A DNA stretch of 64,000 nt, taken from positions 10,974,001-11,038,000 of the forward strand of contig NC_134025.1 in the NCBI RefSeq assembly GCF_964204645.1. The letters are read 5' to 3'. This stretch comes from Tubulanus polymorphus (taxonomy: Eukaryota; Animalia; Nemertea). Both the position numbers and the translations under genes were made by a program. The notes under the pieces were generated by a model. The model was not told the DNA's origin, made no database searches, and saw nothing but the letters and a program-made list of their open reading frames with translations. Shown here piece by piece: positions 56,397 to 64,000 of this stretch; the first letter of the stretch is position 1, and every line of letters starts with the position of its first letter.

Positions 56397-57614
56397 GGTC
56401 GAAAGCTTTCAATATGGAGAAAGCAAGATAGTGAGAAGAATGGTCTTAATCGCTATTACCAGTGTGGTTGCGAACACATACATCAAAGTTGAAGAAATAA
56501 TGTACGAATTTGTTAAATCCAATTGAACTTAGGCTAAAACAAAATGACACCTGGTTTCTCCTATAATCGGCCGGCGCATTTTGTAAATAAACCGCAATGA
56601 AATTTGTAATCAGTTCATTTCTATAACTGCCGGGTCTGTTTTGGTAAGCTTGGTCATGGTTTTTGAAAAAGTAATGTATAGGGTGTATAGGCGTCAACTT
56701 TTAAGCTCAGCAGAAACGAAATCAAGGTATCAATTCTTTTAGCCTTATAAACAAATCTTGTGTTTCGATCAAAAGCTTTTTTTTATGAGATATAAGCATT
56801 GTCCATGTCAATCATCAGACACCAACGATTCGAGATGGTTGATGCTGATTCAAGAGAAGCATGATAAGGTACATTGCAGAGATACGTCGAACATGTTCGG
56901 ATAGACACGAGCTTTTTTGTGCGCACATTTTAAATTGATTATCATTCTGAACATCGTCCCCTCGTCGCGGGGACTTTTTGAAAGCGACGAGGTTTACCAC
57001 GATGTATGTAAAAATATGGCGCGAGAAAAGATGGCAGAAGGTGTTTTCTGCCCTGTTCACGACATGTCTTCACCTCAAAGGCAGTCGGGCTGGCGCATTG
57101 TTCTCGATGGCAAGACACGCCAATGATTTTTTACCGCGTTGATGACGCGTTCATTTTGCTTCTGGCTACGTATACGCTATGGTCTTCGTTATTAAACACA
57201 GGTCCTTGGATAATAACGAAATGAGATATAACGCTTGTAGATACTTCGAATAATCGCTTTTTTGAACATGAAATAACCAGCTCGCCAGTTAAGCCGAGAA
57301 TATACATAATGTCCGTGTAAGATGAATATATACAAAAATGCCACAATCATTTCAATGTGTTTTAAGTCGATTAACGAATCAATTAAGGAGTTTAAACTCT
57401 TTGTAGACTAAGCTTCTATGCAGTTTGTTAGTTCTATTGTTCTTCCGTATTGGAAATTCTAATTGCCAGTTTTTCAGTTTTAGGATTTGATTCATTGATG
57501 ATGATTTTGAGGCTCAAAACGTCACGGGGGATTTGTAGTTGCAGTGCAGCTGCGTAGAGATTCAAGCCCGGATGTCTGAAGCGACCATTTTAAGCAACCG
57601 TGACAATACAGCAG

Positions 57615-57767
57615 GGTTCAGTAGCTCAAAAGTTGGTTTAAGCATGAACGTATAAACTAGATTAGACTCTAGTTTATACGTCCATGGCTTACGAACCGGC
57701 GGATTCATACCATAAAGTAACAATGAACTTTTAATTGTCACTACGTATGCCAACTAACCACTGGCCC
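57615..57767. mobile_element. Decayed PIF/Harbinger-type MITE flanked by CAG
   Basis: CAG|GGTTCAGTAGCTCAAAAGTTGGTT...AACCACTGGCCC|CAG. The left end is shared with 20661 and 20804. Confidence 0.55.
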
Positions 57768-60700
57768 CAGATCTTTTGGTGCTTTGGTTAAAGTCAGACA
57801 TGAAGGATTTAGACACCTTCTCCATATTTCTATTGACAACGCCTCGTTGAATTGTTTAATCATCTTTTCCAGTTGACAGTAGCGATGATCTGGCTATTAT
57901 TTCTAGGCGGTAGGTAGGTGTCTCTCGGAAATGACATGTAATTCCAAACTTATCAGTTTGAATAACGTGGAGAAAAAGCCACGTAGAGGATAGTGACAAA
58001 ATGAAAACTGACCTCGCATTCTATTTTTACACGGTTTCCTTGAATCGAAGTGTGGCCTAAATGATACGTAATGATCATGTCGTCAATGTGTTATAAGGAT
58101 ACCAGTCCCCTTTAGTGCGAAAGCTACCTTGGCGATCCCATTTGTCGAGATCCTTATTTGCACTTATTGACTCCTTCCTTAGCTATCACAAGACCAAAGC
58201 AGTGAGTATCGAAGCTTTTGCATAGGGCATGAACAGAAACTTCTGAAAAAAGATAATTTTTTTCGGGGTCTTTATCCCACTAACTCCTCACTATTCCTCT
58301 AAGAAAGGGTTTTTAACAGCATTTTGAAAGAGGGCCAGCGGCGAGCTATGCGCCAGGCTATAAGCAAGCAGCCTGACTAGAACTGTATACATTCAGATCA
58401 GCGACGTCTGATAGAGATTATGAAAACTGTTCGAAATCCGAGAAAAAATGTCTGATATTTTAAGTGTATATAAATCTTGCTGTATAACAAAAGCTACGTT
58501 TCTTCGTATTTTCTTTTTTAACCACGGAAAAGCTCGCGCTCGCATCTCACTCGCCACGATAATAATGGTCATTAACCTTACGCTCGTGCGACTATCAGAC
58601 TACTCCGTCGTCACAAAACACCCCGAGACCACTCTGGAAATTATTTTTCACAAACGGCTCGAATGTTCTCGTCGCGCCGTGCTGAGATAAATGGAAATTT
58701 ATGATTAAAGAATCGTCGCAGCACTTTTTTGATGGCGCATCTTCACTGGACGGGCGCTTTTCAGAACGTGGCTTTGACCGAGGATCAATGGCGCTTGGTC
58801 ATACGTGATAGCTCTTTGAACTAGATAGATCGAGTTTCGCCTTTGTAATCTGATGTGTACAAATCGATATGTACGTAAGTTGCGGACCGACGCAGGCACA
58901 GTAATATCTCTTTCACGAAGTGGTTCGTCAAAAGTTCGACTTTCTGCGCGACTTGGAAAAAGAACTGAATAGGCTCAAACTTCTATTGCGCAGTCGCCGA
59001 ACAATGGCGGCGTGGGCTGGCTACAATAAAAATGATCATAACTGTTCTTTTTTTCACAAAGTTGAAAGACGCTAACTACGCATTCGATCGTTCAGTCCAC
59101 TATCGAAAAACCTCAGCCACAATATTTGTTATACAATCCGGTGGGATACATTTCTTACCCTACCGAATTATAGTAGTAACTTGCGATATCACCTTACCCC
59201 GAATGATCACAATAGTTTAGACCAAAGAGACAGACCATCCTAATTTCGTGCGATTACAGTTACACGGTCGAAATTAGATAAGCTTAGATCACATCCTAGG
59301 TACACGACGGAGCTCTGCTTTGTACGCGAAAAAAATGAAACGAAAATGCCTTTCTCTGAAGTCCGGAGTTTGCAGATGTCAGCAGTAATACATTAAAGGT
59401 ATAATTTCAACATTGCATTTGACATTGATCAGTATACCCGTTACTGTTGTGATATACTATTAGAAAATTCCATTCTCTTGAATGATGTCATCATAAAGCA
59501 AAGGTGGGGGTTCCTCTATTTGATGTATACGTTGCTGCTAATCAGTCACTGCTGCTCTTGTTTTTTATAGTTCCATCTAGACCTTTAATCAGCTGCTAGC
59601 AGACCATTGTGCAACATCACCACTGATGGGACTCGTTTAGTACCGTTATATAAAGGGATCTTCCAGTAGCTTTAAATCACAGTCGAATGCTATGCCGCGA
59701 GCCTCATCAAAGTATTTTATATTACGCTACGGATATGTAAGAACAGTAACCCACATAAGAACATTACCCATCGCAAGTCTTGTTCGACCAATTATTAGGC
59801 ACTGATGCCCCATGTACCTCGTATGCTAAAGGATATTGGTGATGGATATTGGATCGAAGGGGGGGGGGGGTTGATTTTGGACCCAAACAATAGTAGGGGG
59901 TCTTCATACGTGGCCAGTTCCTGTGGGATTATATCAAAATATATATTAATCTCATTGTATCGGTATACGTATATACATTTGCATAAATGCAGTGGAATCG
60001 AAAATGGTGCGAAATTATATTCAGGGATACGCCTACTGGGGTTTATGACACAATATGATCTCAAAGGCTATAAACATCTTCTTCAATGTTGTTTTGAAGC
60101 CTTTGCCCAGGAATAAATAGACCAGGAATAATCGATGGTAGCTGATAAAATGTTTTGATGGCGTTTTTCGCGGAGAACTAATAATACACAGTCCGGACTC
60201 ACGCGCGTATTATGAAGTTCTTTTGTCTACGCAGTGAGAGAAGGTCCCGGTGTCAGAGCTCTTCAGCGTTGTAATTACTCACCGAAACAAAAATCGATAC
60301 TTGAAACTGTTAAAATTTAAACGAAGAACGCCGCCGATGTCGTTGAGAGGATGGAAATGTTGTGTACCCACTCCAGCTGCTCAATGGACACACTCGTGCA
60401 GAAAAAACCCCGAGATATACGCATTTTCAACCGAGGCTTTAAGAATATAATCAATAAGTACACCGTTTTAGGCTGTTTGTACTGTCGGCGCAATATCTTA
60501 ATGATAAAGAAATATACTAGCATGTACGTATACAGCTAGTCATGTCCATGTCTGAGGTTTAGTATAGTTTCACGATCGGATATTAAATCGCCCATCCAAA
60601 AAGCTTAACACCAACGATTAGGTAACTAATATACAGCATACACCAAAAGCGACTAGTATCTGCTCCAGCTGAATGTGGTGAAAATATCATCATCTTTATG

Positions 60701-61920
60701 TACATATAACATTTTGTTCAAATTACTTACTAATGGAGTCACATTCATGAATGGTTCCCCAGTCTTGCCGTTGTCTTCAATCCTTGTCAATGAAGAGTTC
60801 TTTTTGATCCATGCGGGGAGCAATAGATTCCTCGAAGGTGCCTCAAGGGTAGAAAACGAATGATAGTCAATATATATATAAGTCTTCACATTAAGTCGTC
60901 TCTGATTTGAGTTCTAATTTGTATTTCCAATTCAATTTACTAAGTGTTAAGCGTCGTCATTTCTATAAGCGGTCAAGGATATCCCAGCATGACTATCAAG
61001 CGAGTTTGACTGCATCGCAAAATGGTACAGTGAATTCGACTTATCTGTAATCTACACGCTAACATCTAAGTACATGTACCAAGCACATTTATTTGTCAGA
61101 GCTAACTAAAAATCTATATTCACAGTCATGATACTTACCCTCCAGTGATATTACGTAATACTACCATATTTTCTAACAGCACTACATACATTATCATTTC
61201 ACTGTAATCCTAGTGTGTAGCCATGTTGAGCTTCGAGTCGTGCTTCTTAATATCTTTAAAGAACACTTACATCCATACCTACTACTATCCTATCTGCGCT
61301 ATCGTCTCTCCTCCAACCTCTGTCATATTTGTGTTATAAATACAATCCGTTCTGAACTAGAGGTTCCCTTGGTTTTGAATTGGTTAAATCCGGCAAATTG
61401 TGACTGGTCCTATTGTAGATGAAGTACGTATCAGTGTGATACAGTAGACCATGATTCATCTGGATATAATTTACCTAGTATATATGATGTTTAATAGGGA
61501 TTCTCTAATGGACCAGGTTGATTTCATTGGACCCAAATGATCCATAAGCAGAGTCTCCTAGTCCTTTTTGATACATCTGCTCTTAGGGCCCTTTTCATCT
61601 ATATTGCTAATATAGATGCAATACAAGGACTTGGCTCGTGCTTGATTTGGTCGTGATCTTCTAGTCACTCCTTGGGTGCATGGGAAGAAGAGAGACTCTT
61701 CCAGAAAAGATAGCTACCTCTATTAAACCTAATACGAGATCATTAAATTACCTTAATATTTGATTAATCAAATCGACTTGTTTGGTTAAAAATCGTTAGA
61801 TACACGTATGACCAAGTCAATGTTGATAAAGTGCAGCAGAGGCAGCCATCTTTAAGGAAGGGCTATGGATAATCAGCCGTGTTTTTTTCATTACACCATC
61901 GCTAATCCAGCAAGAATACA

Positions 61921-62142
61921 CAGGGCTGCCAACCTCTGAAAAGTGCTGTCAGTAATAAATTGAATTTCTTTCATCGGAATATGAAAGAAAATGTTAAAAT
62001 CTATCACTGATCAACTGTAAGATCCTCAGTAACATCTTTCATAATATACATTATTTCTGTACGCATCAAACCAATCAAATCGGTATTTCTCGTTATAAAA
62101 ATAGTAACAAATACTGAAAATCAGGAACAGTTGGCAGCTCTG
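61921..62142. mobile_element. hAT-type MITE with 13-bp TIRs
   Basis: CAGGGCTGCCAAC...GTTGGCAGCTCTG (12/13 match). An 8-bp TSD is not recognisable. Confidence 0.65.
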
Positions 62143-62179
62143 AACAAAGAAAGATCCTCGATCCTCTCCGAAAAAATGG

Positions 62180-62350
62180 AAAACCAACAAGAACAACAAC
62201 AACAGTGACAAAGAAGTTAAATTCAGTTTTTACAGTTTTAATTACTTGACTGACGTGTACTAGGTACAATATACAAATAACATTGTATTCACGGGCATAA
62301 ATACATCAACGAAGCTAAAAGGTTTTCGCAGTACATCAAATGTACAAATT
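62180..62350 (-). terminator. Candidate cleavage/polyadenylation site of a minus-strand transcript
   Basis: On the minus strand: several TGTA motifs, ATTAAA (62242-62237), then a strongly GT-rich tract (TTTGTCACTGTTGTTGTTGTTCTTGTTGGTTTT) starting ~25 nt downstream. Confidence 0.35.
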
Positions 62351-62690
62351 CTTTTTTATATCATTAATATCATGAAATAAATAATCATAGATTTATAAGG
62401 GATAGGGGTATAGAAGAGTTCGATATTTGGTGAATGGATTAATTCTTTATTTTTTTTTACAATATAACCATAATAAAGTAGCCACACTTGACGGAATGCG
62501 TTTTTAATTTAAATCGGGGGACGATATTTTCGAGAAATTCGATGACAAATGCCGAGGATATCATTGGAACTATATGCGTTTGTCTTTTCAGCCATTGTCA
62601 AATTGTAGTAGTTAGTCATTCTAAAGGCTTACGCATACGGCAGACCTCTCGCTTAATCCGGATCATTTAAGACCGATGATGTTAATCCAG

Positions 62691-62802
62691 GGGTCCAGTT
62701 CCACAGTTCCGAGTTAAGATCTAACTCTTGAGTTAACTCATCGAAAATGAACCGACCTTAACTCACAGAATTATCTGTAACTCACAACTCTGGAACTGGG
62801 TC
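62691..62802. mobile_element. PIF/Harbinger-type MITE, ~112 bp, CAG on both flanks
   Basis: CAG|GGGTCCAGTTCCACAGTTCCGAGTTA...TAACTCACAACTCTGGAACTGGGTC|CAG, with ~25-bp imperfect TIRs. Confidence 0.75.
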
Positions 62803-63796
62803 CAGATTACATCAAGATTCAACTGATCCGTACGAAACAGGGTCTGCCGTCGAAGAATATACTAGGCTATTATCATTATAGTTATTATGATTATTTTTAT
62901 TATGATATACGCACTAAAAAAGATTCGTCTTTTTTTGTTTTAAATCTAAAAGTGATGACATCGGATTTCCGATTCACGATTCGAAGGAAAATAATACACG
63001 ATTATATTTTTTTTAACTATTGAATGACGGTACATTACCCATTCCCATTACATACATTTTACACGACCATCTCCCTGATATCTTGAATCAAAATTATGTT
63101 TAATCGTTTGTACAATCAATAATCGTCGAATTAAAAATATCACTGTATATCCGTAGTACAACAAACAATCCGTATCTCTGAATGTGGAAAAAATTAGATT
63201 TGCTACAAAAAAAAAAAATTACAATATTGCTACATTAAATAAAGTATGTATTCATCGAGATGTCACGTACAATCTATATATGCTTACGTTCGAATTATTT
63301 TGCTGCTGTGAAAAGGATAGTCGTTAGTAATGATACCTCGGGTAAGTTGTCGGGCCGGGTTTCCCCGGAAAAGATAAATCGACATCATCGGTCGCAGTTG
63401 CTCTTATTTTCTTCGATAACGACAGCCTCAACTATTCTAAGAATGAACCTTTCCCCAAACTGGGCCTCGCGAGCGAAACCTCATTTCGTCATAACCGGCC
63501 TATATAGTATGTTAACCCGAGTTGTAGTTATAGTTTATTCACGACACGTAAAAGCACCTGAGAAAATCCTCTTTTTTTCCCGATCATTTCATAAAAATTT
63601 CACGACTTTTCCGCCTGAAAAGTATGTAATTTTTCGATATCTTATCTCATAAACATCTAGAAACTAATAATATCATTATTTGAATTACTCCTTAAATTAC
63701 CGTTTTTGATCACTTGAACGCTTATTTTTTCTTAGAATTTCCTCAATGCATCTCTTTTTTATATTTTGATCGATGCCGCCAACATTAACAAGCCCT

Positions 63797-63818
63797 TAGA
63801 TAGATAGATAGATAGATA
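63797..63818. repeat. (TAGA)n microsatellite
   Basis: About 5.5 units, read directly. Confidence 0.9.
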
Positions 63819-64000
63819 TTGTGCTGCTCCTTATCACAATATTTTTTTTCAGTATTTTTCAATCCGTTCAAAAATCGATCCTACACTGGTTTCGTTATAA
63901 TATCGGGATCCGAGGGCGCTGCGCTGATGTGTACGCGCGTGTGCCCTGAAAATACCTGTAGTGCCATTTTCTAAAGTAGTACTAATAAAAGAACGAAATT

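Noticed and set aside
58128-61139. Minus-strand splice-like signals (exon-like 58128-58242; donors at 60730 and 61138) and ORF 60653..60889
   Set aside because: The 58128-58242 segment has stops in all three frames, acceptors for the other segments are weak, and such motifs are expected by chance in 64 kb.
62717-62735. AGATCTAACTCTT, similar to miR-750
   Set aside because: It lies inside a MITE and the seed and 3' parts do not match.

Overview
This is AT-rich eukaryotic DNA, most likely from an invertebrate animal, and it behaves like a gene desert or very long intron. No ORF in the track resembles a known protein family, and the two longest ORFs are translations of a (TA)n tract. I found no rRNA, intact tRNA, recognisable conserved miRNA, CRISPR array or autonomous transposon. 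What the sequence does support is: (1) many short non-autonomous transposon relics, including PIF/Harbinger-type and hAT-type MITEs, a fold-back element, a three-copy Helentron/HINE-like family, a three-copy unclassified family and a tRNA-derived SINE head; (2) four long (TA)n tracts, one at the centre of a perfect 234-bp palindrome that looks like a template-switch product; (3) a degenerate Penelope-type minimal hammerhead ribozyme motif; (4) CpG-rich, motif-dense blocks alternating with AT-rich repeat-bearing spacers, suggesting a cis-regulatory landscape; and (5) a possible poly(A) site of a minus-strand gene lying beyond the right edge. I cannot support a new protein-coding system here. 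All alignments were made by eye, so the ends of degenerate repeats are approximate.
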